This document shows, in pieces, positions 36,275 through 45,850 of a stretch of 64,000 nt of DNA. This DNA is from a virus: the IMG/VR virus record IMGVR_UViG_3300022555_001761. One strand, written 5' to 3'. Both the position numbers and the translations under genes were made by a program. Every line of letters starts with the position of its first letter. Positions within the stretch are counted from its first letter, which is position 1. Below the pieces are notes generated by a model. The model saw nothing but the letters and a program-made list of their open reading frames with translations, was not told where the DNA came from and did no database searches.

Positions 36275-36598
36275 ATGGCATATCCTAAAAAAGCGACAAA
36301 ACCAAAATCTTCAAAACATGTTTGTTCAGGATGTATTGAATTTTTTGATGCAAAAGATTTATTTGTTGCACAAGTACCAGATAGAGATTATACTACTATA
36401 TATTGTGCTGAATGTCTTAAAGAGTTAGGTATCAAAGAATCTAGACCTTACCACAAAGTTGCAGAAAGAAAACCTAAAGCTGAAAAAGCAACAACTACTA
36501 AAAAGAGTACAGCATCAAAAACTAAAAAAGGTGTATCTAAAAAAACAGAATCTGTTGTAGAAAAACCTAAAAGAAAATATGTAAGAAAAACGAAATAA
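36275..36598 (+). CDS. zinc-ribbon protein with Lys-rich histone-like tail
   Basis: CSGC...CAEC then KPKAEKATTTKKSTASKTKKGVSKK. Confidence 0.5.
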   Translation: MAYPKKATKPKSSKHVCSGCIEFFDAKDLFVAQVPDRDYTTIYCAECLKELGIKESRPYHKVAERKPKAEKATTTKKSTASKTKKGVSKKTESVVEKPKRKYVRKTK

Positions 36599-36599
36599 C

Positions 36600-37103
36600 A
36601 TGGGACTTTTAAAATTCATTGATAAGAAACTATCATCAAATGAACAATTAAATTATTTAAAAGGTTATTTGTTTTTTGGTGCGCCTTTAGGAATTACACT
36701 AGTTGAAGGATTCAAATATTTTTTTGTGCCAACTTATCATTTTAGTGTTGTTAATTTAATATGTATTATTATTACTGATACTTTATTTGCTTCACCACTT
36801 ATTATTAATTACTTTAAGCATAAAAATAAATATAAAAGACTGGTTGAAAAAATCAGAAATAATGAAAAATTAGATAAAGTTAAAGCTATATTTGATTACA
36901 AATATTTTGAAAAAGGAAAAATATATAACTTGGACACCTCATATTTTGAATATGGAACTAAAATTTATGTGACAGCATCTAGTACTAATTTTCGTGTTGG
37001 AGTATGTAATTTGAAAGATGTTATAAACAAATTTGATTTAGATGATATAAGAGAAGAAAGATTAAAAAAATTAAAAAGATTGAATAAAATATGGAAGAAT
37101 TAA
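36600..37103 (+). CDS. family-B membrane protein (tail REERLKKLKRLNKIWKN)
   Basis: track ORF 167 aa, 2 TM. Confidence 0.5.
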   Translation: MGLLKFIDKKLSSNEQLNYLKGYLFFGAPLGITLVEGFKYFFVPTYHFSVVNLICIIITDTLFASPLIINYFKHKNKYKRLVEKIRNNEKLDKVKAIFDYKYFEKGKIYNLDTSYFEYGTKIYVTASSTNFRVGVCNLKDVINKFDLDDIREERLKKLKRLNKIWKN

Positions 37104-37249
37104 AAAAAATACAAAAAGATCATCACTATATTGTAGATTGGCACATACCAAAAAAGAAAGAAGATATGAAAGATATTCAATCAAAACAAGTTAAACCAGT
37201 TTCTGAAAAAGTATTTATAGATTATGGAGACTATACAAAAAAGGATTAA
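37091..37249 (+). CDS. possible small ORF (52 aa) overlapping both neighbours
   Basis: MEELKKIQKDHHYIVDWHIPKKKED...; overlaps the gmhA start by 26 nt, so doubtful. Confidence 0.2.
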   Translation: MEELKKIQKDHHYIVDWHIPKKKEDMKDIQSKQVKPVSEKVFIDYGDYTKKD

Positions 37250-37808
37250 AAATGTAATTCAAAACTCAATCGATGTTAAACAATTAATCTATTCTGATGA
37301 TAGATTAATTAAAACTATTGAAAATGTAGTGAGTTTAATTAATAATTGTTATTTTTATAATGGCAAAGTTCTTTTTTGTGGTAACGGCGGTAGTGCCGCA
37401 GATGCTCAACATCTTGCTGCTGAACTGTCTGGTAGATTTTATTTTGATAGACCACCACTATATGCAGAAGCATTACATGTAAATACATCTTATGTAACTT
37501 CAGTCGCCAATGACTACTCTTATGATGTAATATACTCTCGTCTTGTGCAAGCAATGGGTATGGAAGATGATATACTAATAGGTCTATCTACGTCTGGTAA
37601 TTCTACAAATATCATTAAAGCCTTTGAAACTGCAAAAGGTAGAGGTATGAGAACAGTTGCTTTTACTGGAGAAAATGGAGGTAAATTAAAAGAATTGTCT
37701 GATTATGTAATAAATGTTCCATCTAATGACACGCCAAGAATTCAAGAATGCCACATTATGATTGGTCATATTATTTGTGAATTGGTTGAAGAAAAAGTGT
37801 TCAAATAA
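37224..37808 (+). CDS. gmhA: SIS-domain phosphoheptose isomerase (GmhA/DiaA family)
   Basis: GKVLFCGNGGSAADAQHLAAELSGRF ... GLSTSGNS ... matches GmhA along its length. Confidence 0.8.
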   Translation: METIQKRIKNVIQNSIDVKQLIYSDDRLIKTIENVVSLINNCYFYNGKVLFCGNGGSAADAQHLAAELSGRFYFDRPPLYAEALHVNTSYVTSVANDYSYDVIYSRLVQAMGMEDDILIGLSTSGNSTNIIKAFETAKGRGMRTVAFTGENGGKLKELSDYVINVPSNDTPRIQECHIMIGHIICELVEEKVFK

Positions 37809-37831
37809 TTTGGTATATCAAAAGTTTTCCT

Positions 37832-37842
37832 TATCTTTGTAC
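37832..37842 (+). promoter_or_regulatory. -7 box TATCTTTGTAC within the conserved TTCCTTATCTTTGTACT
   Basis: TTG 21 nt upstream; identical 17-mer at 38589..38605. Confidence 0.45.
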
Positions 37843-37905
37843 TGTTAAACAAATAAACACTTAGAAAATAGAGTATTAAATAATGATCCAATTGAATTAT
37901 AAATT

Positions 37906-38388
37906 ATGAATGCAACAGAAAAAAGAAGTGTAAAATTACTTGCAAAACTTTGGTCTTTAGCAAGTTGGTTATGTATAATTAACTTTTGTTTGTTATCATT
38001 AGGCTGGGGATTTTTAAACATCACAGATTCTACATCTTTTTCAGATCATATTATATTGCTTGTTGGTGCTGGGATTATGGCTGTGACTGGGCTAGTAACA
38101 GATGGTCTTAAAGAAGGCAATATTCATAAACTTAATCTATACAAAGAACAGATTAATGAATATAGATTACGTAAAAATGTAATCAAAGTATTTGAATTTA
38201 TTGATAATAAAGAATTTGATGAAGCTGAAAAATATTACAAAACATATATAACTGATAAAATTGCCACAAACTTTTTAACTCCTTATATTCTTGGAATTTT
38301 AACTACCAATGAAGATAAAAAAGAAATTGTCAAAGGTTATATTGATGGAATGAAAAATATCTATGACCCTAATAAAATATTCAAATGA
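37906..38388 (+). CDS. membrane protein
   Basis: track ORF 160 aa, 2 to 3 TM. Confidence 0.45.
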   Translation: MNATEKRSVKLLAKLWSLASWLCIINFCLLSLGWGFLNITDSTSFSDHIILLVGAGIMAVTGLVTDGLKEGNIHKLNLYKEQINEYRLRKNVIKVFEFIDNKEFDEAEKYYKTYITDKIATNFLTPYILGILTTNEDKKEIVKGYIDGMKNIYDPNKIFK

Positions 38389-38567
38389 AAAATCTAAACT
38401 TAGAAGTAATTATAAGAAAAATTGCAACTTTAATTGTATTTATTATATTACTTTTTAGTCCATTTACAATAATTGAAATTATTTTATATTCTCTAAGATA
38501 TATATTATATAACATATCATTTCCAAAACAACCATATTGTTTTGAATTATTCTCAAAAATGTGGTAA
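38385..38567 (+). CDS. small membrane protein
   Basis: track ORF 60 aa, ATGA overlap with the upstream gene. Confidence 0.35.
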   Translation: MKNLNLEVIIRKIATLIVFIILLFSPFTIIEIILYSLRYILYNISFPKQPYCFELFSKMW

Positions 38568-38594
38568 ATATTTGTGTAATTCAATTATATTCCT

Positions 38595-38605
38595 TATCTT
38601 TGTAC
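38595..38605 (+). promoter_or_regulatory. -7 box TATCTTTGTAC, with TTTG at 38571
   Basis: 19 nt upstream of ATG 38624. Confidence 0.5.
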
Positions 38606-38623
38606 TATTAAAATAGAGATATT

Positions 38624-39382
38624 ATGAAAGTTTCACAAGAAGTTATTGAAAAACTTAAGCCACTTAAAGGTATTAACCTTGACGTGGCTTTTCGTATTTT
38701 TAAGTCAAAGAAGCTTGATGTTAAAGCCGCAGGGTTTGTAGAAAATCTTATCGCTCTCTTACTTGATAGGGAATTACCTAAAAATGAGCGTGGTATGGAC
38801 TTCAAAGGTCTTTTTGAAGTTAAAGAAATCAAAGTACATTTTACAAAAAGTGGACAAATGAGAACTGGTGGTGACACAAATATTAGTTCTTATTTGAATT
38901 CTGAGCCAAACTTTTTTGAATCAAATATTTGGGACAAAACAAGCAAAATCCTAATTGTTTGTGTTGATGAAAATAGGGTCATTGTTGATGTTAGATTCTT
39001 TGATGGTGAGCCTTTTGCAGAACAAATGAAACAAGATTATGAAGCAATCAAAACAGCCAGAAATCTTTGTCGTCAGAATAATAAAATCCTAGTTTTTAAG
39101 ACTGGTTTCAATTCAATTATGCTTAAAGGTAATTGTGCTATTGATATGAGCGAAAGTATCATTGAAGATGAAAACGAAATTGAAAACCAAGATTCTTACA
39201 TTCGTGGTCTTTTTGATCATAAGTTTCAATCTTATCAGGAAAAATTAAAAACTATTGTTGATAGTATTTTAGCACTTATGAACAGTGCATCTCTGAAAGA
39301 TTTGCAATTGATTATGAAAATGGCTGAAGCTAGAATGAAAGAAAGTGTTGGATTTGATGCAAATGTTGAAATGCCTTTTTAA
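38624..39382 (+). CDS. MutH/Sau3AI-family endonuclease-like protein
   Basis: AGFVENLIALLLDRELPKNERGMDFKGLFEVKEIKVHFTKSGQMR parallels MutH [43 protein letters not shown], including D...E-x-K. Confidence 0.45.
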   Translation: MKVSQEVIEKLKPLKGINLDVAFRIFKSKKLDVKAAGFVENLIALLLDRELPKNERGMDFKGLFEVKEIKVHFTKSGQMRTGGDTNISSYLNSEPNFFESNIWDKTSKILIVCVDENRVIVDVRFFDGEPFAEQMKQDYEAIKTARNLCRQNNKILVFKTGFNSIMLKGNCAIDMSESIIEDENEIENQDSYIRGLFDHKFQSYQEKLKTIVDSILALMNSASLKDLQLIMKMAEARMKESVGFDANVEMPF

Positions 39383-39399
39383 TTAAATAAAATAAATAT

Positions 39400-39543
39400 A
39401 TGAAAACAGTAGAAAGTATCAAGAATGAATGTAATATTAAGCAAGAAAAATGCACACTATTATTGGAACAAAAACGAGAATTTGAAAAACAAATTTCTTT
39501 TTGGAGTTCTATTTATGTCATTTTTTTTATTCTCAATTTATAA
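39400..39543 (+). CDS. small tail-anchored membrane ORF (47 aa)
   Basis: MKTVESIKNECNIKQEKCTLLLEQKREFEKQISFWSSIYVIFFILNL; below the track cutoff. Confidence 0.3.
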   Translation: MKTVESIKNECNIKQEKCTLLLEQKREFEKQISFWSSIYVIFFILNL

Positions 39544-39618
39544 AACAGCAAGATATGAAAAAAATAAACTTGATTAGTATTTTTTAATATAATTATTTGA
39601 ATCATTAAAAAATATCAT

Positions 39619-40119
39619 ATGCAAATTTTAATTTTAATAGCCTTGGGAGTATTCTTTTTAACAAGCATACTCTTTCTTGTTTTATACTTAAAGATGAAAG
39701 AAAAGTGTTCTAAAATTGACTTAGAACTAGAAAAATCACAATCAAACTACTCAACATTATCAAATTACTATGTAGAATTAAAAAATCTATCTAATAGAAA
39801 AGGATTTTATGAAAGTACATTAAATCTTATGAGTCCAGAAGAAAAAGAAAAAGGCTCAAAAGGTGAGCCATATACTTGCATTATTCATGTAAAAGAATTA
39901 GATAGATATACTAATGGTATGTCAAAAATTGAATTAACTAATGTAGAATTGATAGCTGGATTTGACAATTCACAATTTGATCATGTTAAAAATTCAATGA
40001 GAATTAAATTTTCTTCACTTAAGAAAACTACAGAAATAGAATGGCTTGAGAGTGAAGAAACTATAAAAGAATTAAGAAAGCAAAAACTTAAAAAAATAGC
40101 TGAACTTGAAAAAAATTGA
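39619..40119 (+). CDS. family-B membrane protein, paralog of 30280..30663
   Basis: track ORF 166 aa; tail IKELRKQKLKKIAELEKN. Confidence 0.55.
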   Translation: MQILILIALGVFFLTSILFLVLYLKMKEKCSKIDLELEKSQSNYSTLSNYYVELKNLSNRKGFYESTLNLMSPEEKEKGSKGEPYTCIIHVKELDRYTNGMSKIELTNVELIAGFDNSQFDHVKNSMRIKFSSLKKTTEIEWLESEETIKELRKQKLKKIAELEKN

Positions 40120-40417
40120 ATTTAAAATTGATGAAACTGTTCTTTGTAAGAAAAATTATGTTTATATATCCAATTCAAGATTGGTAAAAGATGATCCAAA
40201 TAAAGTATCATTTCTTAAAAATAAAAATTACAAAATATCAGATTTTTCTTACTGGGATGATGAAAATAAAATAATTATGTATCAAATTAATAATTGGTCA
40301 TTCGTTTCAACAAATGAAGTCCATAATTTATTCGTGCCAAGATTTGAAGATTATTTTTATACTAAAAAGGAAATTAGAAAATTGAAACTAAATAAAATAG
40401 AAAATGAAAGAGATTGA
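40106..40417 (+). CDS. family-B small protein (tail EIRKLKLNKIENERD)
   Basis: track ORF 103 aa. Confidence 0.5.
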   Translation: MKKIEFKIDETVLCKKNYVYISNSRLVKDDPNKVSFLKNKNYKISDFSYWDDENKIIMYQINNWSFVSTNEVHNLFVPRFEDYFYTKKEIRKLKLNKIENERD

Positions 40418-40880
40418 AAGAAAGTTTTTAGTTGATAAATATAAACTTTTATCTAATATTAAGTCAACTGATATAATTGAGGATTTTAATATAGAACAAG
40501 GTTATCTTTGTAAAGAAGATGGAATAACAGTCAGAATAAGAATACAAGATGATACTGGTTTCATTACAATTAAAGGTAAAACTGAAAACATTTCTAGAGA
40601 TGAGTATGAATATGAAATACCACTTCAGGATGCAAAGGATCTACTTAAAATGTGTGATAAAACAATAATTAAAGAACGATTAGTTATTGAATATTGTAAA
40701 AAAAATTGGTATGTTGATATATTTGATGGTAATAATATTGGTCTTGTAGTTGCTGAAATTGAACTAAAAAATGAAGATGAGGAATTTTCATCACCAGATT
40801 GGGTACTAAAAGAAGTTAGTGATGATGCAAGATACTACAATTCCAATTTGATAAGTAATCCATTCAATACTTGGAAATGA
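40404..40880 (+). CDS. CYTH-domain (triphosphate tunnel metalloenzyme) protein
   Basis: N-terminal EIERKFLV (ExExK) signature; about 158 aa, typical CYTH size. Confidence 0.7.
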   Translation: MKEIERKFLVDKYKLLSNIKSTDIIEDFNIEQGYLCKEDGITVRIRIQDDTGFITIKGKTENISRDEYEYEIPLQDAKDLLKMCDKTIIKERLVIEYCKKNWYVDIFDGNNIGLVVAEIELKNEDEEFSSPDWVLKEVSDDARYYNSNLISNPFNTWK

Positions 40881-41206
40881 GTTTTCTTAGTAGAATATTA
40901 TTTAAACCAGAAAAATTTGATATTGTATGTCATAACGAAAAAGAATGGAATGATATGCAACTTTTTTTATTTGAAAGAGGATACTATTGGGAAAATTATG
41001 GTAAAAATTTAATGTTTGAATTTAAATGGTGTTTTCCAAGAATATTGAAAAATTATAGAACTGGTGATATATTTGGAAGTAAAATACTAATTATAGAAAG
41101 TTATGAATTTGTAATGAAAAGAAAAGAACTAGGGTTCTATAAAAATGTAACTCCAATAAATGCAATTTCTTATATGAGAAAATTGAAATTAAAAAAAATA
41201 AAATGA
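40871..41206 (+). CDS. family-B small protein (tail YMRKLKLKKIK)
   Basis: track ORF 111 aa. Confidence 0.5.
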   Translation: MEMSFLSRILFKPEKFDIVCHNEKEWNDMQLFLFERGYYWENYGKNLMFEFKWCFPRILKNYRTGDIFGSKILIIESYEFVMKRKELGFYKNVTPINAISYMRKLKLKKIK

Positions 41207-41469
41207 GTACAGTAGTATATGCTAAATATAATTTTGTTGAATATAAATCTTCTGGTGAAGTAAAAAAATATTATGACAAAGAAAATGTATTTGCTCTATA
41301 TATTTTCAAATCTGGTTGGGAACATTTGCATCATTGTATTTTAGAATCAGGTGATTTTGAAACTGTAGATTATTATACTTACACATCTGAACAAATACAT
41401 AAAACATTTGGTATTAAATCATTTTCAAGAAAAGAAAAATTAAATAAGATAAATGCAAGCACTTTGTAA
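41203..41469 (+). CDS. family-B small protein (tail SRKEKLNKINASTL)
   Basis: track ORF 88 aa. Confidence 0.5.
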   Translation: MSTVVYAKYNFVEYKSSGEVKKYYDKENVFALYIFKSGWEHLHHCILESGDFETVDYYTYTSEQIHKTFGIKSFSRKEKLNKINASTL

Positions 41470-41716
41470 AAAAAATTATCATTTTTTTGAAAAAGGAAAG
41501 TATTATAAAATTGATAATATACATTCTGTATTTCAAAAAGATGATTTTATAAGTCTCAATTATGGTAACGATTTATTCAGATTTAGATTAAATCGTTCAT
41601 TAGAATGTATTGAAGGATTTATTGGTGAATTTGAAGTGTACTTTTATGACTATTTCTACAACGTTCAAGACCAAAGAAAAGCTAAATTAGAAAAATTATC
41701 AAATGTAAATTCATGA
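41453..41716 (+). CDS. family-B small protein (tail QRKAKLEKLSNVNS)
   Basis: track ORF 87 aa; its 3' end converges on the tnpB 3' end. Confidence 0.5.
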   Translation: MQALCKKNYHFFEKGKYYKIDNIHSVFQKDDFISLNYGNDLFRFRLNRSLECIEGFIGEFEVYFYDYFYNVQDQRKAKLEKLSNVNS

Positions 41717-41756
41717 ATATATAATAATGAAATACTATTACATTTCTGTAATAGTT

Positions 41757-42944
41757 TCAGGAAACAAGTTCCTTCTTTTTAAGCGTTTCGTTGCTTGTGC
41801 CAATCGAAATTGGTCTTATTTTTGCTCCACGCTCGTAATCAGACGTTCCATCTGATATATTTTTTCTATATCCTTCATTAAGAATATTTATTGATGCATT
41901 TATATCTCTATCATGTTTTCCACCACATTTAGGACAAATCCAAGTTCTATCATTTAAGGTTAAATTGTTGTTAATCCAACCACATTTAGAACAGGTTTTA
42001 GATGAAGGAAAAAGCCTATCTATATGAATGACTTGTTTATCATTCCAAAGTGCTTTATATTCTAAAACATCTATAAATCTACCCCAACTAACATCTGAAA
42101 TTGCTTTTGATAGTTTATGATTTTTCATCATTCCTTTAATATTTAAGTCTTCCAAATAAATTATATCAAAATCATGAATTAGTTTATTAATTGTTTTATG
42201 AATTAAATCCATTCGTGAGTTAGTTATTTTTTCATGAATTCTAGCAACTTTTAATCTTTGCTTTTCATATCTATTTGATCCTTTTGTTTTCCTTGATAGA
42301 TATTTCTGATTTAAGGATAATTTTTTTTCATAATTATTTAGAAATCTGTGGTTCTTGATTTTCGTTCCATCAGATAACACTAAAAAGTCTTTTATTCCTA
42401 AATCTATTCCTACTGATTGATTTGTTTTTTTATTTGGTTGATATTCTTGCTCTGTTAAAATTGATACAAAATATTTTCCAGTAGGAGTTTTTGATATAAC
42501 ACAATGCCTTATATTGCCTTTAATTTGTCTTTCCATTATCATTTCTATACCATCAAGGAACTTTGGAACAAACAATTTAGTTCCGTTGTATCTTACATTC
42601 TGTGGTATAGTAAATGAATTTTTATTTCTTTTTGATTTGAAATTAGGAAATTTAGTTCTTTTATTAAAAAATCCTTGGTATGCCATATCTAAGCATTTCA
42701 AAGAGTATTGTAATGTTTGTGAGTTTATTTCTTTCAACCAAGTATTAATTTTCTTTATTTGTGTTAATTCTCCTGCTTGATCATAATAATTTACTGATTT
42801 TTTATTATTTAAATATTCCTCTTTACGTTGGTTTAAAAAATAATTATAAGTCCATCTAACAGAGCCAAAGTGTTTATTTAATAACACTTGTTGAATTTCT
42901 GTTGGTTCTAACCTGAATTTATATGTGTATTTAATTATTCTCAT
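41757..42944 (-). CDS. tnpB: IS605/IS1341-family TnpB (intact zinc finger and RuvC motifs), no tnpA
   Basis: 395 aa; GIDLGIKDF (RuvC-I), TSKTCSKCG...ICPKCGGKHDRDINASINI (zinc finger plus RuvC-III). Confidence 0.85.
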   Translation of the reverse strand: MRIIKYTYKFRLEPTEIQQVLLNKHFGSVRWTYNYFLNQRKEEYLNNKKSVNYYDQAGELTQIKKINTWLKEINSQTLQYSLKCLDMAYQGFFNKRTKFPNFKSKRNKNSFTIPQNVRYNGTKLFVPKFLDGIEMIMERQIKGNIRHCVISKTPTGKYFVSILTEQEYQPNKKTNQSVGIDLGIKDFLVLSDGTKIKNHRFLNNYEKKLSLNQKYLSRKTKGSNRYEKQRLKVARIHEKITNSRMDLIHKTINKLIHDFDIIYLEDLNIKGMMKNHKLSKAISDVSWGRFIDVLEYKALWNDKQVIHIDRLFPSSKTCSKCGWINNNLTLNDRTWICPKCGGKHDRDINASINILNEGYRKNISDGTSDYERGAKIRPISIGTSNETLKKKELVS

Positions 42945-43106
42945 TTATGAAAAATATGATGTTTTTGTATAAGTATATATAAATAAAATAAAGTCATATT
43001 TTTTTATTTTTGTAATAATTTTGTAATTTTAAAGTAACCATAACTTAACAGAAATTTATGATCTTTTTACTTCTATTATAACTATATAATAATAAAAAAA
43101 TATTCT

Positions 43107-43538
43107 ATGAAATACACATTTTTATTTATATTCATTCTATCATTTCTTTCAATAAAAGCTCAAACTACATCATTACTTTTAGGAAGAGTATTAGATGAAA
43201 AAACAAATACACCAATTGAAAATGTAAATGTTAAAATAACTTATTCTCCTTGGAATATATCAAAAACAACAATTTCTGATAAAAAAGGAATTTTCTCAGT
43301 ATCAAATCTTTCACCAGGAGGACCTTACATTGTGAAATTCTCTTGTAGTGAATATGAAGATCAAATTAGAGAATTATCATCATTGGATCTTGGAAGTAAT
43401 AATTTGTCTTTACATATGAGAAAAACAAAGATTGATGAATTAGCAAATGTAGATAAACAAATATTAGAATTTCGTACTAAAGAATCAATTCTATTATTAG
43501 AAATGATAAAAATAGTAAAAAATGATTGTATGAAATAA
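43107..43538 (+). CDS. secreted CarboxypepD_reg-like domain protein
   Basis: signal peptide ending SIKAQ; LLGRVLDEKTNTPIENVNVKI...SDKKGIFSVSNLSPGGPYIVKFS. Confidence 0.55.
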   Translation: MKYTFLFIFILSFLSIKAQTTSLLLGRVLDEKTNTPIENVNVKITYSPWNISKTTISDKKGIFSVSNLSPGGPYIVKFSCSEYEDQIRELSSLDLGSNNLSLHMRKTKIDELANVDKQILEFRTKESILLLEMIKIVKNDCMK

Positions 43539-44239
43539 TGGGAATTATAATGACATTAAGCATAGTAATTCCAGCTAAAAATGAAGAAAAGAATATTGTA
43601 AATTTATTAGACTGTTTAGATAAACAGACTTTTAAAAACTTTGATATAATAATTGCGGATGCAAATTCAATTGATTTTACAATACTTAATGCTCTATCAC
43701 ACAAATTATCATATAAAATAAAAATAGTTAAAGGTGGCTTACCTGGTGTTGGTAGAAACAATGGTGCAAGAACTAGTAAATCTAAATTTATACTATTTAT
43801 AGATGCCGACACAACAATAAATGATAACAATTTATTACAAAAATCAATAGACTTAATAACTAGCAAAAATTTAGATTTAGTAACCACTAACATTTCTTGT
43901 AGAAATAGTAATATTGCTAAATTTATTTATATGTTGAATAACACATTTCAAGTCTTATCTAAATTTGACATGCCATTCGCGACTGGTATGTATTTTTTTA
44001 TTAGAAAAAGTAAATTTGATGAATTAAATGGATTTAATGAAGAAGATCAATTTGCGGAAGATTACAATTTAAGTAGAAAAATAGACAGAAAAAAATTTGA
44101 TATAGTAAAATCTTTTGTATATTCAGATGATAGGAGATTCAAAAAAACTGGTTATTTTGGTATGATGAAGTTATTTTACAAAACAATGAAAAATAAAAAA
44201 AATGAATCTTATTATAAGGAAAAAATAAGTTATTTCTAA
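43538..44239 (+). CDS. family-2 glycosyltransferase
   Basis: LSIVIPAKNEEKNIVNLLDCLDKQTFKNFDIIIADANSID ... FIDADT; track start 43526 is TTG; first ATG at 43538 overlaps the upstream stop. Confidence 0.7.
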   Translation: MGIIMTLSIVIPAKNEEKNIVNLLDCLDKQTFKNFDIIIADANSIDFTILNALSHKLSYKIKIVKGGLPGVGRNNGARTSKSKFILFIDADTTINDNNLLQKSIDLITSKNLDLVTTNISCRNSNIAKFIYMLNNTFQVLSKFDMPFATGMYFFIRKSKFDELNGFNEEDQFAEDYNLSRKIDRKKFDIVKSFVYSDDRRFKKTGYFGMMKLFYKTMKNKKNESYYKEKISYF

Positions 44240-45102
44240 TGTTAAAACATTTTTTATGCATTATATTTTTATTTTTTTCTATATTACTCAATGCACAAGA
44301 ATTGAATATATTATCTTGGAATATTGGGGATCTACCAATAATAGAAAAACTCAAAAATAATAATAATCGTATAATTTCTATATCTAATTCTTTGGATAAT
44401 AGTAAATTTGACATAATTATTTTAGAAGAAGCATTTATATACAAATCAAGAGAAATTATAAAAAACAAATTAAAAAATTATTCATTTGAATATGGTCCAG
44501 TAAATAATAAAAATAATATTCTTAGATTTAACGGTGGCATCTGGATATTGAGTAAAATACCATTAAAAGTCATAAAAGAAATAACTTTCAAAAATTCAGT
44601 TGGATTAGATTATTTAAGTAAAAAAGGTGCAATTTTATTAGAAGGTGAAATTAATAATGAAAAATTTCAATTAATTGCAACACATTTACAATCTAGTAAA
44701 TCACAAAATATTCAAATTAAACAATTAACTGAAATATACGAAAATTTAGTTGAGCCATATTCAAATACGGAAATACCTCAAATAATATGTGGTGATTTTA
44801 ATTTGAATATTCATTCTAAATATTATTATTCAATATTAAATTTATTAAATTTATCAATAAATAAAAATGATGTAATAAAAGGTGTAACATTTGATGATAT
44901 AAATAACGATGTTTATAAGTCAAGAAATGAGCCTTCTATGATAGATTATATTTTACTTAGAAACTCAAATAATATCAATAATATTAATCGTAATGTTGTG
45001 GTATTTAAAAATAAATGGAAAAAAGGTATTTATTTATCAGATCATAATGCAATAGAAGCCAATATAAAACTAAAAAATATAGAATTACTTACTAAAAAAT
45101 GA
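44239..45102 (+). CDS. secreted endonuclease/exonuclease/phosphatase (EEP) family protein
   Basis: signal peptide ...LLNAQE; LNILSWNIGDLP ... DIIILEE ... SDHNAI motifs. Confidence 0.6.
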   Translation: MLKHFLCIIFLFFSILLNAQELNILSWNIGDLPIIEKLKNNNNRIISISNSLDNSKFDIIILEEAFIYKSREIIKNKLKNYSFEYGPVNNKNNILRFNGGIWILSKIPLKVIKEITFKNSVGLDYLSKKGAILLEGEINNEKFQLIATHLQSSKSQNIQIKQLTEIYENLVEPYSNTEIPQIICGDFNLNIHSKYYYSILNLLNLSINKNDVIKGVTFDDINNDVYKSRNEPSMIDYILLRNSNNINNINRNVVVFKNKWKKGIYLSDHNAIEANIKLKNIELLTKK

Positions 45103-45830
45103 AAGAGAAAATAAAAGTAAAATCTTTATTTATAAGTGATTTACACTTAGGAAATTATAATTCTCAAGCAGATAAAGTTTTAGATGTATTTAAAAAATAT
45201 GAATTTGAAAATCTTTTTTTAGTTGGTGATATTATAGATATGACATATATGAAAAGAAAAAAATTTAGTTGGCATGAAAAGCATTTAGAAGTAATACAAA
45301 AAATTCTGAAATATTCTAAGGATGTAAATATCTATTATATAATCGGCAATCATGATATGTATATAAGAAATATAATAGATAATACTAATATTTATCTTGG
45401 TAAAATATTAATTTGTGATGATTATGTCTATGAAACTAAGAATGAAAGAATATATATAACTCATGGTGATCAATTCGATGGATTTATTAGAATTCATCCA
45501 TTTATATATTGGCTTGGTGATAACGCATATGAATTAGCAATTAAAATTAATAAAGTATATAATTTTTTCAGAAAAATATGTGGCTTCGAATATTGGAGTC
45601 TTTCTTCACATTTAAAATCAAAAGTAAAAAATGCTATAGAATATATTAATGAATATGAAAAAATTTCAAAACAAAAACTAAAAGAATTAAATTGTGATTC
45701 TATTTTAATGGGTCATACACATTCTCCTAAAATAATTAAAAATGAATATTACAACACAGGAGATTTTATTGAAAGTTGTAGTTATATAATAGAAGATTAT
45801 AATAGTGATTTAATTTTAAATTACATATAG
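45099..45830 (+). CDS. LpxH-like calcineurin-type metallophosphoesterase
   Basis: LFISDLHLGNYNSQADKVL...FLVGDIIDM...GNHD resembles LpxH LFIADLHL...ILGDLFE. Confidence 0.6.
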   Translation: MKEKIKVKSLFISDLHLGNYNSQADKVLDVFKKYEFENLFLVGDIIDMTYMKRKKFSWHEKHLEVIQKILKYSKDVNIYYIIGNHDMYIRNIIDNTNIYLGKILICDDYVYETKNERIYITHGDQFDGFIRIHPFIYWLGDNAYELAIKINKVYNFFRKICGFEYWSLSSHLKSKVKNAIEYINEYEKISKQKLKELNCDSILMGHTHSPKIIKNEYYNTGDFIESCSYIIEDYNSDLILNYI

Positions 45831-45850
45831 TTTTTTATATATATAGCTTT

